Origin: Candidatus Odinarchaeota archaeon | Lineage (GTDB): Archaea > Asgardarchaeota > Odinarchaeia > Odinarchaeales > Odinarchaeaceae | DNA length: 32,000 nucleotides | Reading direction: 5' to 3' | NCBI GenBank assembly: GCA_038826135.1 | Contig: JAWBON010000004.1 | Span: 1 to 32,000 of the forward strand | Shown: piece after piece, positions 8,627 to 18,687 of the stretch | Position numbering within the stretch: the first letter of the stretch is position 1 | How the letters are laid out: every line of letters starts with the position of its first letter | Notes under the pieces: generated by a model | What the model was told of the DNA's origin: nothing | The model's database searches: none | What the model saw: only the letters and a program-made list of their open reading frames with translations | Position numbers and translations under genes: made by a program

Positions 8627-10256
8627 CGGTTTCAGCTCCTGAAGGGCTTGGTGGCTTAGGCGTTGTAGATTTGCCTGCAGCTATCATATCGTCAATCCTT
8701 AATATCATTTGCGCTGCTTCACTAGCTGATTTTATCGCCTGTTTTTTAACTGATGCTGGTTCCCAAATATTAAGTTTATCCATGTCAGCGACGCCGCCGT
8801 CTAGAATGTTCACTCCAGCCCATTTATGACCGTTTTCATGTTTAGCCTTCAACTGCACTAGGATGTCAACTGGGTCTAAACCAGCGTTTTCAGCGAGAGC
8901 TCTTGGTATTGACTCCACAGCTTCAGCGAATTTTATCAGTGCAAGCTGTTCTCTCCCGCTTAAGCTCTCAGCGTAGTCGCGGAGATTTCTCGCAATCTCT
9001 ATTTCAGGAGCGCCACCGCCGGCTAGAATCTTCGCCTCTACTAGAATATTTCTCACAACACATAAAGCGTCGTGAAAAGCTCTTTCAGCCTCGTTAACAA
9101 CCATTTCACTAGCACCCCTGATGAGTACGCTGACAGATTTCGGATTCCTGCAGCCTTCAACGAAAACCATCTGCTCGTCGCCTATTTTTTTCTCGTAAAC
9201 AACCTCAGCGTCACCTAGATCTTTAGCTGTTATGTCATCGATGTTTGTTACAATAGCTCCACCAGTAGCTCTAGCTAGTTTATCCATATCGGATTTCTTT
9301 ACCCGTCTTACCGCTAAAATCCCGGCTTTAGCCAAATAGTGTTGGGCTAGATCATCTATTCCCTTCTGAGTGATGACTACGTTTGCACCAGCTGACTTAA
9401 TTTTTTCCACCATATTTTTTAATATATTCTGCTCCTCTTCGAGAAATGCCTGCATCTGCTCTACCTTCGTGATATTGATTTTAGCGTCGAACTCTGTTTT
9501 TTCAACCTCTAAGGCGCCGTCTAATAAAGCTATTTTAGCGTTTTTAACCTTCTTCGGCATCGCCTGGTGTACTACTTCTTTATCGAGAATAACGCCGTTA
9601 ACGAGTGTAGTGTCCTCTATGCTTCCACCCTCTTTCTTATCAACTTTTACATTGTCTATGTCAACTCTAAGCTCTCCGCCTATTTTCTCTGCTACTGCTT
9701 TAACAGCTTTAACAGCAAGGTCTGCTAGTAAATCCTTCGCACCGCTGACGAGTTTGGTACCCATAGCTGTTACAGCAACGTTTTTCAAAGCCTGCTCATC
9801 CTCAGGGCTTACTTCCAAGGAGATTTCATCAATTATTTTAATAGCTTTCTCAGTAGCCTTCCTGTAGCCTGAAACAATAATTGTTGGGTGAATATTTTTA
9901 TCTAATAATTCTTCAGCTTTTTTCAAAAGTTCACCGGCTAATACAACCGCTGTGGTTGTGCCATCGCCTACCTCTTGATCCTGGGTTTTAGCCACTTCCA
10001 CCATCATCTTAGCTGCTGGATGCTGGACATCCATCTCCTTTAATATGGTGGCACCGTCATTTGTAATTGTAACATCACCCATACTGTCAACCAGCATTTT
10101 ATCCATCCCACGAGGACCTAGCGACGTCCTCACAGCTTCAGCTATGACCTTAGCTGCGGTTATATTAGCTCTTTGAGCTTCTCTACCTTTTGCTCTGCTT
10201 GTACCTTCCTTAAGTATAAGTATAGGAGTACCACCTAATTGCCCTACCTCGGCCAT
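8613..10256 (-). CDS. ths: Thermosome (group II chaperonin) subunit
   Basis: [33 protein letters not shown] motifs; ATG at 10256 follows GAGGTGTTAACT. Confidence 0.97.
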   Translation of the reverse strand: MAEVGQLGGTPILILKEGTSRAKGREAQRANITAAKVIAEAVRTSLGPRGMDKMLVDSMGDVTITNDGATILKEMDVQHPAAKMMVEVAKTQDQEVGDGTTTAVVLAGELLKKAEELLDKNIHPTIIVSGYRKATEKAIKIIDEISLEVSPEDEQALKNVAVTAMGTKLVSGAKDLLADLAVKAVKAVAEKIGGELRVDIDNVKVDKKEGGSIEDTTLVNGVILDKEVVHQAMPKKVKNAKIALLDGALEVEKTEFDAKINITKVEQMQAFLEEEQNILKNMVEKIKSAGANVVITQKGIDDLAQHYLAKAGILAVRRVKKSDMDKLARATGGAIVTNIDDITAKDLGDAEVVYEKKIGDEQMVFVEGCRNPKSVSVLIRGASEMVVNEAERAFHDALCVVRNILVEAKILAGGGAPEIEIARNLRDYAESLSGREQLALIKFAEAVESIPRALAENAGLDPVDILVQLKAKHENGHKWAGVNILDGGVADMDKLNIWEPASVKKQAIKSASEAAQMILRIDDMIAAGKSTTPKPPSPSGAETGEEY

Positions 10257-10318
10257 AGTTAACACCTCGGTTCTTAAAAATTAATCATAAAATTTTGTGT
10301 GAATAGTATTTATACTTC

Positions 10319-10333
10319 TATATAAATTTTACT
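10319..10333 (-). promoter_or_regulatory. Probable BRE/TATA promoter of the thermosome-rpoK unit
   Basis: Minus strand reads AGTAAAA-TTTATATA about 60 nt upstream of the thermosome start. Confidence 0.5.
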
Positions 10334-10461
10334 TTTAACATATACATCAATAAAGTAAAATATCCGATTAAGATAAAACTCTAATTGTAATTAAATCATA
10401 GGAGGGGCACACTATCACAGGCGGTAAAGATAATTCCGGTGAAGAACCACCTATAAGAGTA

Positions 10462-11424
10462 ATGCAGTACAACGATAAAGAATTCTGGGAAAAAGAGTTC
10501 AAAAATGTTGAAGAAATTATTTTAGAGAAAAAGAGTGCAACAGTCACATGGATTAACATAGATAAAGTAGCAGACACTAAGGTGACCGATAGCATAGGAA
10601 AAAGGTATAATATACACCCGCTTATCTTAGAAGATATAAGTAATACGGATCAGAGACCTAAAATTGATGTTCTTGAAAACTATATTTACGTTGTTGTAAA
10701 AATGCTTTACTCCGATACTGACAAGGACAAGACGGTAATAGAACAGGTGAGTTTTATTTTAGGCCAAGATTATGTGGTTTCATTCCAGGAAAGGCCGGGG
10801 GATGTATTCGACCATATACGTGAAATGATCAGGCATAATAAGGGTTTAATAAGAAAGATGGGGGCCGACTACTTACTCTGCTCTTTAATAGACTCCATAG
10901 TTGATAATTACTTCAATATTTGTGACAGACTTGAGGAGAAAATCGAGTGTTTAGACGACGAATTACTAGGTCAACCGTCCCAAGAAACTATTAACGAGAT
11001 AAATAGTTTAAAACGGGAGATGATATTTATAAGAAAAGCCATATGGCCGCTAAGAGAGGTGGTCAATATTTTAGAGAGAACCGGCCCCCCACTGGTCTTA
11101 CAGAAAACTATAATTCATTTGAGAGATGTTTACGATCATGTTATTCAAATAATAGACTTAGTGGAAACACTGCAGGAAATACTGTCAAGCATGGTTGACA
11201 CTTACCTGTCCAGTATCAGTAATAGAACAAACGAGGTTATGAAAATACTAACAATTATAGCTACAATATTCATACCGTTAACGTTTATAGCGGGTGTTTA
11301 CGGTATGAATTTCAGATTCATGCCTGAACTTGAACTTATATGGGGTTACCCGTTAATAGTGGGCGTAATGTTTACTGTCAGCATTGTTATGCTACTATAT
11401 TTTAGAAGAAAAAAATGGATTTAA
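10462..11424 (+). CDS. corA: Magnesium/cobalt transporter CorA (true start possibly upstream)
   Basis: HPLILEDI...QRPK, EQVSFILG, NEVMKILT, GVYGMNF signature, RRKKWI terminus. Confidence 0.95.
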   Translation: MQYNDKEFWEKEFKNVEEIILEKKSATVTWINIDKVADTKVTDSIGKRYNIHPLILEDISNTDQRPKIDVLENYIYVVVKMLYSDTDKDKTVIEQVSFILGQDYVVSFQERPGDVFDHIREMIRHNKGLIRKMGADYLLCSLIDSIVDNYFNICDRLEEKIECLDDELLGQPSQETINEINSLKREMIFIRKAIWPLREVVNILERTGPPLVLQKTIIHLRDVYDHVIQIIDLVETLQEILSSMVDTYLSSISNRTNEVMKILTIIATIFIPLTFIAGVYGMNFRFMPELELIWGYPLIVGVMFTVSIVMLLYFRRKKWI

Positions 11425-11434
11425 ACGATAAAAT

Positions 11435-12001
11435 ATGCCTCACATTTTTAATCCTGAAAATATTAAGGTGCTCGAAGACCCTGAAAGAGAGAGCTTTCTT
11501 TCCACCATCTTGTTCGTAAAAATAATAAAAGAAGTCCTACACGAAGAAAAAAGAAACATCGCCTGTGAAATAGGTGCGGGAACAGGGTATTTCACAATAC
11601 CTTTAGCGAGATTATTCAAAAAAGTTTACGCTACAGATCTAAGCTTGGAAATGCTCAACTACTTGAAAAACAAAGCTGAAGAGAAAAAAATACAGAACAT
11701 CGTATTCATTCAAACCGATAAACCACCCAGAATAGACGAATACATAGATTTAATATTATTCTCGAATGTCTTACATGAGTTAAATAATTTAGAAGAATAT
11801 ATTAAATGGGCTTCGGCAAAAACAAATATAATAGTAGACATAGACTGGAAAAAAGAAAACACTCCAGGCGGCCCACCTTTAAAGGATAGAATTAGTTTAG
11901 AAGACGCCGTGAAAATACTAGTAAAACATGGCTTTAAAGTAAAAAATTATAACATTTACCCCTACCATTATTTTTTGATAGGAGTTAAAAACACTAAGTA
12001 A
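11435..12001 (+). CDS. Class I SAM-dependent methyltransferase
   Basis: Motif I CEIGAGTGYF, ATDLSLEML, SNVLHE, IDWKK...GPP. Confidence 0.88.
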   Translation: MPHIFNPENIKVLEDPERESFLSTILFVKIIKEVLHEEKRNIACEIGAGTGYFTIPLARLFKKVYATDLSLEMLNYLKNKAEEKKIQNIVFIQTDKPPRIDEYIDLILFSNVLHELNNLEEYIKWASAKTNIIVDIDWKKENTPGGPPLKDRISLEDAVKILVKHGFKVKNYNIYPYHYFLIGVKNTK

Positions 12002-12054
12002 ACCAGTAGTTAACTGTAACCCAGCACATTATTTTTAATAAATGAAATAAGATT

Positions 12055-12062
12055 AAAAAAAA
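12055..12062 (-). terminator. Oligo-T tract, likely archaeal terminator of the surface-protein gene
   Basis: T8 on the minus strand 10 nt after the stop at 12073, between convergent genes. Confidence 0.4.
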
Positions 12063-12072
12063 TAGAAGGAGA

Positions 12073-13602
12073 TTATATTTTTGGTTTGAGAAACTTGAAC
12101 ACTGCCACAACCACTATAACTCCGCCAGCGGCTGCTCCGCCTAAAACAGCTATAAGTGTGGAATCAACACCCTGCGGGGGCTGTTCAGGTTCTTCAGTTA
12201 CAGTTATTTCAAATGTAGCATAATCATGCAAAGTGTTATTATAGTATATGTCTATTGTTAACGAATAGTTTCCAGGTGAACTTGGAGCTGTGAGAGTGAA
12301 ACTCACCGTTTTATTTTCTTCGCTAAGAATTGTAACGGTTTTATTATTTATGCCGGAGAAGACGGTTGAAGACCAGTTAATAAATGCGTTAACAGCGTCA
12401 AGGTCTCCGTGATTACGGATATGTAATTCAATATTGAAGTCTGAGTTTACTGTGGGGTTAACAAGAGAAATCCCCTGTAAGGTTAAGATCACTGGAGTAT
12501 ACTCGTATTGGAAATTAGCAGAGGAAACAAGTAGCACAGTTTCTATATTCCAGTTGCCGGAGAGACATCTATCCGTGTACCAGTAGACTACAGCTCCGGT
12601 CTTCTCGGAGTAACCGACTGTGATATTCGTATAATATGCTATAACTTCAAAGTGAGAGTCATTGTAGTAGCTGAAAAATCGAACAGGAGTTAACTTGCCA
12701 TCAATTAGCATATCCGCGCTCCAGTGAGAAGCAGTATAGTGAATTCCGTCTAGAGTATTATTTTCTTGCCATACTAGCCAATGAGTATCCCAGTTAGTCA
12801 TCACAACATGGTTAACCCAACCACCTGATTCGCTTCTAATATCCTGAGGATTCACAGCTAAATTCGAAACATAATGTGCTATTTTATAATCTGCGCAGTA
12901 GAAGTCTGTCACCAGGTTGTAACTAACATATGTCTCATTAGAAAACAATACCAGTACCTGATCTACTTGCTTCAAATCTTTAAACCCTGAAGGAAACAAG
13001 TATACGGAAGGTGGCTCCTGTTCACTGGAAGAAAGCCACACGACGTCTCTAATCGTTCCATTCGAACAGTAAAACGTCATATCCACCTGAAATTCAGCTA
13101 CAGCCCCAGTCCACTCTTCAATGTCCAAAATGTTCCATTGTATAATATCAAAGTTTTTTGTTAGATTCCCCCCGGATGTTAAGTTCTGATTAATATTAGG
13201 CCACCGTGTACACCAGACTACATCCGGCGGACTAGAACTAAGTTCCATAATATCTAAGTCTATATATTTGATTAACACAGAGTCCACACCTGTACCAGTT
13301 AATGAGCCTACTTGCACAGTGAGATTACCTACATTATCCCTATACCAGCCGACCTCCCAGTAAATTTCATAATACATTTTGAATGTTAACGGAACTCCGT
13401 ATATTGGATGGGAATAGGTTTTTTGACGCTGAACAAAATTATAGTATGTTGCGTTGCCGCTCAACACCCATTGTGAACCTGTTGGTAAAACGTAGTTTTC
13501 AGGCGGCGAATACGCGGATACTGTGAACGGTATCGCGATCCCTATAAACATGGCTAGGCAGAGAAGGGGTAATATAGATTTAAGCGGTTTTCTCAAAAGC
13601 AA
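12073..13602 (-). CDS. Secreted, C-terminally membrane-anchored glycoprotein with CARDB/Ig-like domain
   Basis: Signal peptide (..FTVSA), 14 N-x-S/T sequons counted, Ig-like IRNHGDLDA...TVSFTLTAP..PGNYSLTI, EEPEQPP linker, TM helix and basic tail KFLKPKI. Confidence 0.8.
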   Translation of the reverse strand: MLLRKPLKSILPLLCLAMFIGIAIPFTVSAYSPPENYVLPTGSQWVLSGNATYYNFVQRQKTYSHPIYGVPLTFKMYYEIYWEVGWYRDNVGNLTVQVGSLTGTGVDSVLIKYIDLDIMELSSSPPDVVWCTRWPNINQNLTSGGNLTKNFDIIQWNILDIEEWTGAVAEFQVDMTFYCSNGTIRDVVWLSSSEQEPPSVYLFPSGFKDLKQVDQVLVLFSNETYVSYNLVTDFYCADYKIAHYVSNLAVNPQDIRSESGGWVNHVVMTNWDTHWLVWQENNTLDGIHYTASHWSADMLIDGKLTPVRFFSYYNDSHFEVIAYYTNITVGYSEKTGAVVYWYTDRCLSGNWNIETVLLVSSANFQYEYTPVILTLQGISLVNPTVNSDFNIELHIRNHGDLDAVNAFINWSSTVFSGINNKTVTILSEENKTVSFTLTAPSSPGNYSLTIDIYYNNTLHDYATFEITVTEEPEQPPQGVDSTLIAVLGGAAAGGVIVVVAVFKFLKPKI

Positions 13603-13752
13603 AAACCTCCTAATCTATTTGCCTAATTGTATATGAGAAGTATTTAATAAATTTTTACACCAATTTATCCAGAAACTGCTATTTAATTAAAATAAGCAGT
13701 ATTAAAACCACAAAAAATTAATTAAACAATAAAGTAATTAACTAAAAATAGC

Positions 13753-14403
13753 CTATAGATAAATAGGAGCGTTTAAGGCTGCTGTTGAGACAGGCTTGTC
13801 CAGTCTAATTTTAACGTTAGAAGTGTTTCCGTGTTTACCTATTATTCTACCTTTCACAGAGATGTTTTTACCGTATTTTAACCAGACTTTAGCGCCTATC
13901 AACTCCTCTATCTTCTTTGAGGGGTCTAGGATGCGGGCTAAAACCTTGTTATTTGATATTCTAGCCCCGCCTCTTTCAAATGAGTAGACTTTTCCTATCA
14001 GCTTTCTAATAGGTTCTGATGGTTTCGCTGAGATTTTAGGTTTTTCAGCCTTAGAAGGTTTCTTTAATTTTTCACTTTTAACTTCAGTTTTATGTTTCTC
14101 TTCTTTAACAGGTTTCTCTTTTTCACTAATCTTCTTAGAAGGTTTCTTGACTGTTCTGGTTTTTTCAGCCTTAGTTTTCTCCTTTGCTTTTTTAACCGGT
14201 GCAGTTTGAGCTTTCAACTCGTTAACTTTATCTAGTAAACGCTTCAAAGTTGTTTTACTTAAATCAGGGATCTTACCCTGAAGCTCTTCTAAACTATACT
14301 TAGATAATTCTCTGATTGTCTTGATACCGGCTTTATCTAGTGCGTCAAGTGTTTTTTTACTTAATCCTTTAACCTCGCTTAGCGGCGTTTTATTTTCGGC
14401 CAT
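13753..14403 (-). CDS. rpl35ae: Ribosomal protein L35Ae (eL33) with N-terminal HhH domain and Lys/Glu-rich linker
   Basis: C-terminal ~85 aa (GKVYSFERG..NNKVL..LIGAKV..KGRIIGKHGNT..VKIRLDKPV..AL) match archaeal L35Ae; N-terminal LSEVKGLSKKTLDALDKAGIKTIRELS is HhH-like. Confidence 0.75.
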   Translation of the reverse strand: MAENKTPLSEVKGLSKKTLDALDKAGIKTIRELSKYSLEELQGKIPDLSKTTLKRLLDKVNELKAQTAPVKKAKEKTKAEKTRTVKKPSKKISEKEKPVKEEKHKTEVKSEKLKKPSKAEKPKISAKPSEPIRKLIGKVYSFERGGARISNNKVLARILDPSKKIEELIGAKVWLKYGKNISVKGRIIGKHGNTSNVKIRLDKPVSTAALNAPIYL

Positions 14404-14610
14404 GAGAACTCACCGCGCTTATATGTAATTGTCGTACCATATATCGATTTATTATTTAATCTTATTGTCAAAATCTAAGAGACTGTTTAATAAAGCAGCG
14501 ATAGTTAATATTAACGGTAATGCTTATATTCACGCTTTATATTTTCTTTATATTAAACCAGTTTTTAAACTGTTCAATGTTGAGTCTATAAGTAGTTGAC
14601 GGTGTTTTAG

Positions 14611-15165
14611 ATGAGTAAAAGAGAGATAACGTATAAAGTTGAAAATGTCGTAGCGTCTGTGAGTTTGGATGATCGAATAGACCTTAACAAGCTTTCAAAT
14701 AATATTTCCGAGGCGGAGTATGATCCATCTCAGTTCCCTGGTTTAGTTCTACGTTTGAAGGATCCGAAGGCGGCTATACTAGTTTTTAACACAGGTAGGA
14801 TGGTTGTAACAGGTCTTAGAAGTGAGGAGGATGCTCCTAAAGTGGTTGCTAGGGTTATTGAGAAAATTAAAACTGCGGGTATAGATATTAGAAGCGAGCC
14901 TAAAATACAGATTCAAAATATTGTGGCCTCAGGGAATCTGGGAGCTCGATTAGATTTGGAAGTAGCGTCTTTAACACTTGAAGACGCACTTTACGAGCCG
15001 GAGCAGTTTCCAGGTTTAATATACAGGGCGAAAGACCCGAAGGTGGTTTTCCTGCTTTTCTGTTCAGGTAGAATTGTATGCACGGGAGCTAAGAAGGAGA
15101 CGAATGTTCAGGAAGCGGTTAATAAACTTGACAAGATGCTTACTGAATTAGAGATTTACGCTTAA
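14611..15165 (+). CDS. tbp: TATA-box binding protein
   Basis: Two repeats: ENVVAS...YDPSQFPGLV...IFNTGRMVVTG and QNIVAS...YEPEQFPGLIYR...LFCSGRIVCTGAK. Confidence 0.98.
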   Translation: MSKREITYKVENVVASVSLDDRIDLNKLSNNISEAEYDPSQFPGLVLRLKDPKAAILVFNTGRMVVTGLRSEEDAPKVVARVIEKIKTAGIDIRSEPKIQIQNIVASGNLGARLDLEVASLTLEDALYEPEQFPGLIYRAKDPKVVFLLFCSGRIVCTGAKKETNVQEAVNKLDKMLTELEIYA

Positions 15166-15226
15166 GTGAAAGAGTATTCTCCAGTATGGTTTTACACCGT
15201 ACAATGCGCGCTATAATTTTATCATG

Positions 15227-15706
15227 TTAAATAATTTTTAAACTGTCTGCGAACCTTTTAAGCTTGCCCATATAATCACCGGTTGAAAGCTCTTTTACAG
15301 TGACTTCCATAGTAGCTAAAGATTTTTTACCGCATAAGTCCTCAATTTCCATAAATGCTTTAGTACTGTTTCCTTTACCGCTGCACGTGCAGAATAAGGC
15401 TGTTTGATTTATATGAGATCTAATTTTATCAATATAGGTTCTTATAGCGGGTGTAATATTACCAGCCCAGATGGGTGTGCCTATTATCAATAGGTCATAG
15501 TCGGAGGCTTGTTTTTCAGGTTCTTTTATAGTGGTTTTTCTTTTTAGAGCCGCATCTTTACCAGCACCTAAAAAACCTGCGATACCGCTCCGCTTTTTAA
15601 GGTCGATTATTTCTTCTATGTCACATTGCACCAGTTCTAAGAGTTTATGAGCTACTGTTTTAGTTCGACCAGTTCTTGAGTAAAAAACTATGAGGGATTT
15701 TACCAT
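15227..15706 (-). CDS. Flavodoxin-like protein
   Basis: LIVFYSRTGRTKTVA FMN-binding loop and IGTPIWAG; ATG at 15706 is the likely start (track extension overlaps the upstream gene). Confidence 0.88.
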   Translation of the reverse strand: MVKSLIVFYSRTGRTKTVAHKLLELVQCDIEEIIDLKKRSGIAGFLGAGKDAALKRKTTIKEPEKQASDYDLLIIGTPIWAGNITPAIRTYIDKIRSHINQTALFCTCSGKGNSTKAFMEIEDLCGKKSLATMEVTVKELSTGDYMGKLKRFADSLKII

Positions 15707-15734
15707 AAGATCACTAAATAAGAGTTTATTTAGA

Positions 15735-17336
15735 TTAAACCTTATATGCTTTCTGTATGAGTTTTTCCTCAGATCGGGTTGTCTTGCTAAGCTTATTCGA
15801 GAAAATGTGGGATGCAACCCTCATAAGACGGCTTTCACCTTTCAAATCCTTTTCTTTCTGAGCTAGGAAAAACGCCATTAACCGTGTTAACACGGTTATC
15901 CCCAGTCCTGAAATAAAATTATGTTTCTCCGTTGTTAACTGGTATAATGGTTCTATGTATCTTGCATTATGTTTCCAGCATGTTAAGAGAAGCTTCCAGT
16001 GTTCTTTAGACATGTAACCGGAGATGAATGCTTTCATGCCTTTAAGCGTTGTAAACTCCATTGGTACAAAGAATAATGGTATAAACAGCGACGGGTACTC
16101 GCTGAGGCTTTTTATTAAGTCAATAGTTTGGTTAACATCCTCTTTCTCCTCTCCCGGTAATCCCATCATAAGTGTTCCAACAGAGACCCATTTATTCTGC
16201 CACATTACTTTATGAGCTTCTCTAACAACCTCAGGCCATTCATCCGGTTTACAGGGAGCTGGTTTACCGGCCATATGAAGCTTCATAAGTCTTGAACTGC
16301 CAGTTTCTATACCGGGCTGGCAACCGTAATATTTATGCCCGTGTTTTCTGAGAAGCTTGGTAAGTTTAGCTATTACGTCTGGTTGACATACGAACGGTGA
16401 TAGGCATGAATGAGTTATGAATATTTCTTTAACGCCTGTTTTAAACCCTTCTTTATATAGTGTGAATAAAGCGTCCTCGTCTATTAGGAAATTCTTAGAG
16501 CCGTAGCGGAGTGTATCGTCTGAATGGAATGTGATAGCTTTAAAACCAGCTTTAACATGAACTTTAATATCGTTTAGTATTTTTTCAAAAGGCATCATCC
16601 TCATTTTGCCGCTTGTAGCTGGAACACAGAATTTGCAGCCTCGACCGCAACCTCGAGCAACTTCAACCAATCCGAATACTGATGGTGTAAGCACGGGTGG
16701 GATGTCTTCAGGTTTAGCTATCGGCCCGTATACAACTCTTTCAGGATACTCGCCGCCATCTAGTAGAGTGTTGAACACTTTTGGGATAGTATATTCTGCT
16801 TCATTAATTAGCAGATAGTCGATTCCAAGTTTGTCAGCAACGCTTATACGGTTTATCTGCCAGGCTCCAGGTCCGCCTACAATAATTTTTAAACCGTATT
16901 TTTCTTTCAATTCACGAACTGGGCCGAACATTAATCTTAGAAATTCCACTCTTGTATGTGGTATCCCGGAGAATAGCGTGCTCCAGGTTGTTGTTGACGG
17001 ACCCAGACCTAACGGATCCATAACAGATATGGCTAAAATCTTAGTTTTCTCTGTTACAACATTAGTTAGAAAATCAGGGTGAGCTATTTTAACCTCATCT
17101 TTAGATATATTGGCTCTGTGAATAACTATAGCTTCAGCTGTTGTTAAGGCTGGTGTAGCCATACTAACTGTTCCGTCAGGGTTTGAGGGAACAGGAGGGC
17201 AGAGTAGAGAGTAGTAAAGGGAGTCAGGGCATACATTAGTGGGAAGGGATGCAGCTAACCCCATGTAAAGATTATTTCCATATGTTGTAAGAAGACTCCT
17301 ATCGGAGGTTAATACTATTTTAGCTTCATCTTTCAA
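15735..17336 (-). CDS. Radical SAM protein with N-terminal B12-binding-like domain
   Basis: EVARGCGRGCKFC (CxxxCxxC), VGGPGAW, EAE, GIETGS, MMGLPGE. Confidence 0.88.
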   Translation of the reverse strand: MKDEAKIVLTSDRSLLTTYGNNLYMGLAASLPTNVCPDSLYYSLLCPPVPSNPDGTVSMATPALTTAEAIVIHRANISKDEVKIAHPDFLTNVVTEKTKILAISVMDPLGLGPSTTTWSTLFSGIPHTRVEFLRLMFGPVRELKEKYGLKIIVGGPGAWQINRISVADKLGIDYLLINEAEYTIPKVFNTLLDGGEYPERVVYGPIAKPEDIPPVLTPSVFGLVEVARGCGRGCKFCVPATSGKMRMMPFEKILNDIKVHVKAGFKAITFHSDDTLRYGSKNFLIDEDALFTLYKEGFKTGVKEIFITHSCLSPFVCQPDVIAKLTKLLRKHGHKYYGCQPGIETGSSRLMKLHMAGKPAPCKPDEWPEVVREAHKVMWQNKWVSVGTLMMGLPGEEKEDVNQTIDLIKSLSEYPSLFIPLFFVPMEFTTLKGMKAFISGYMSKEHWKLLLTCWKHNARYIEPLYQLTTEKHNFISGLGITVLTRLMAFFLAQKEKDLKGESRLMRVASHIFSNKLSKTTRSEEKLIQKAYKV

Positions 17337-17383
17337 ACCGATTACCCCGCTTATAGTAAGAACAGAAATATTTTGATAGTATA

Positions 17384-18682
17384 TTAAGATTCTTTTTCGC
17401 GTTTAAGTTTAACACTGTTCCCGTTCACTTCAACTATGTTAGCTTCCGATAACTCATTTATAATTTTTTTAGTCATTAGAGGAGTGTAACCTATTGCAGT
17501 ATTCAAAGCCTCGATTGAAATCTCGTTAACTGATTCCAGTATTTGTAAAACTTTGAATTTAGGCTCTGACACTAAGATTTTTTTAAGTTTCTCTACTCTA
17601 TTTAACTCCTCTCTCTGCTTAGCGTTGATGCGCTGCAGCTCAGCGTACTCCATTTGAAGCTGGTTTAATCTTTTATCATATTCGGATGCCCGCCCCAAAT
17701 CTTTTTTAACTCGTTGCAGCTCGGATTCAAGCTGTTCTACTCTCATCTTACTCTCTTCAATCTTATTCTTTAATGAATTATTCTCATCAGTAAGTTTTGA
17801 AATCTGGTTTTCTAAATCCGCTGCTTGACTGTTTTTCTGAGATAATGCATCCTTTAATATTTTTATTTCAGCCTTGACTTTTGCAGCGTCAATTATATCT
17901 TCACCTGCAGGTTTTTCAGACCTCGCAGATTTAAGCTCGTTAAGCTTATTTGTTAAAAACATATTCTCCGAGTGTGCTTCAGCTAATTGATTTTGCAGCG
18001 ATTTCAGTTTATCGTCTACATTTTTTTGTTTGATATTTAACTCGTTTAACTCGTTTTTATATATTTCATTCTGTTTTGTTAAAGTTGCAATCTTGGCTTC
18101 TAAACTTGCTTTATCTTCCTGGATTGCTAGGTATTCTCTATTTAAATCGTCGAATTTTCTCTTCAACTCGAGGTAGTCTTTTGCCACTGCATCTTTATCG
18201 AAAACATTCTTTTTAAGCTCGCCTATCTGGGCAACGTAGTCTTTTATTATTTTATCCCTTTTTTCAACTTCAGCTGTAAGGGAGGCTACCTTATCCTCTA
18301 GGCTTTTCTTCTCATACTCAAGTCTTTTAACATTGTCTTTCTCGGTTTCAATTATCCTATCGAATGTTACGCTTATATCTTGCATTTTATTCGAGAATTT
18401 ATCACGGACATTCTGCATTAAATATGTTAGGGCCTCTTTAATTTCAGATTTAAACTCGTTTTTAAGATCTTCAAAGTTTTCATTAATGATTTTATCATAC
18501 GAGGATGATATCAGAGGAATCACGAATTTTAATCTAACTGTGTCAAACTGGTTTATCAAAGGGTCCTTTAACTGCTTTAACTGTTCGCTGAATTTAGCAA
18601 GCTCTTCATCGAGTGTTTTCATTATCTCCTCTTCAAGTTCGTCGAAAATAGGTTTCGACTTATCCTGGCTCATATTTTTCAA
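17384..18682 (-). CDS. Long coiled-coil protein with C-terminal winged-helix domain
   Basis: About 250 aa of heptad pattern, then PKFKVLQILESVNEISIEALNTAIG...KKIINELSEANIVEVNGNSVKL; ATG at 18673 is an alternative start. Confidence 0.8.
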   Translation of the reverse strand: MKNMSQDKSKPIFDELEEEIMKTLDEELAKFSEQLKQLKDPLINQFDTVRLKFVIPLISSSYDKIINENFEDLKNEFKSEIKEALTYLMQNVRDKFSNKMQDISVTFDRIIETEKDNVKRLEYEKKSLEDKVASLTAEVEKRDKIIKDYVAQIGELKKNVFDKDAVAKDYLELKRKFDDLNREYLAIQEDKASLEAKIATLTKQNEIYKNELNELNIKQKNVDDKLKSLQNQLAEAHSENMFLTNKLNELKSARSEKPAGEDIIDAAKVKAEIKILKDALSQKNSQAADLENQISKLTDENNSLKNKIEESKMRVEQLESELQRVKKDLGRASEYDKRLNQLQMEYAELQRINAKQREELNRVEKLKKILVSEPKFKVLQILESVNEISIEALNTAIGYTPLMTKKIINELSEANIVEVNGNSVKLKREKES

Positions 18683-18687
18683 CCCCT

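Noticed and set aside
8613-8660. Thermosome lacking a GGM tail and overlapping rpoK by 14 nt
   Set aside because: Charged or Pro-rich tails are common among thermosome paralogues, and short overlaps are ordinary in compact archaeal operons.
9370-9867. 165-aa plus-strand ORF, and similar short track ORFs opposite real genes (e.g. 3225-3656, 18333-18713, 19846-20199, 28735-29067)
   Set aside because: Entirely antisense to well-supported genes, with no motifs or ribosome-binding signals.
14040-14180. Short direct repeats (TTTTCAGCCTTAG, CTTAGAAGGTTTCT) as a possible array
   Set aside because: They encode the low-complexity K/E/P linker of the L35Ae fusion; no regular spacing or spacers, so not CRISPR.
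15707-15817. N-terminal extension of the flavodoxin ORF in the track
   Set aside because: Overlaps the radical SAM gene; the flavodoxin fold starts at ATG 15706.
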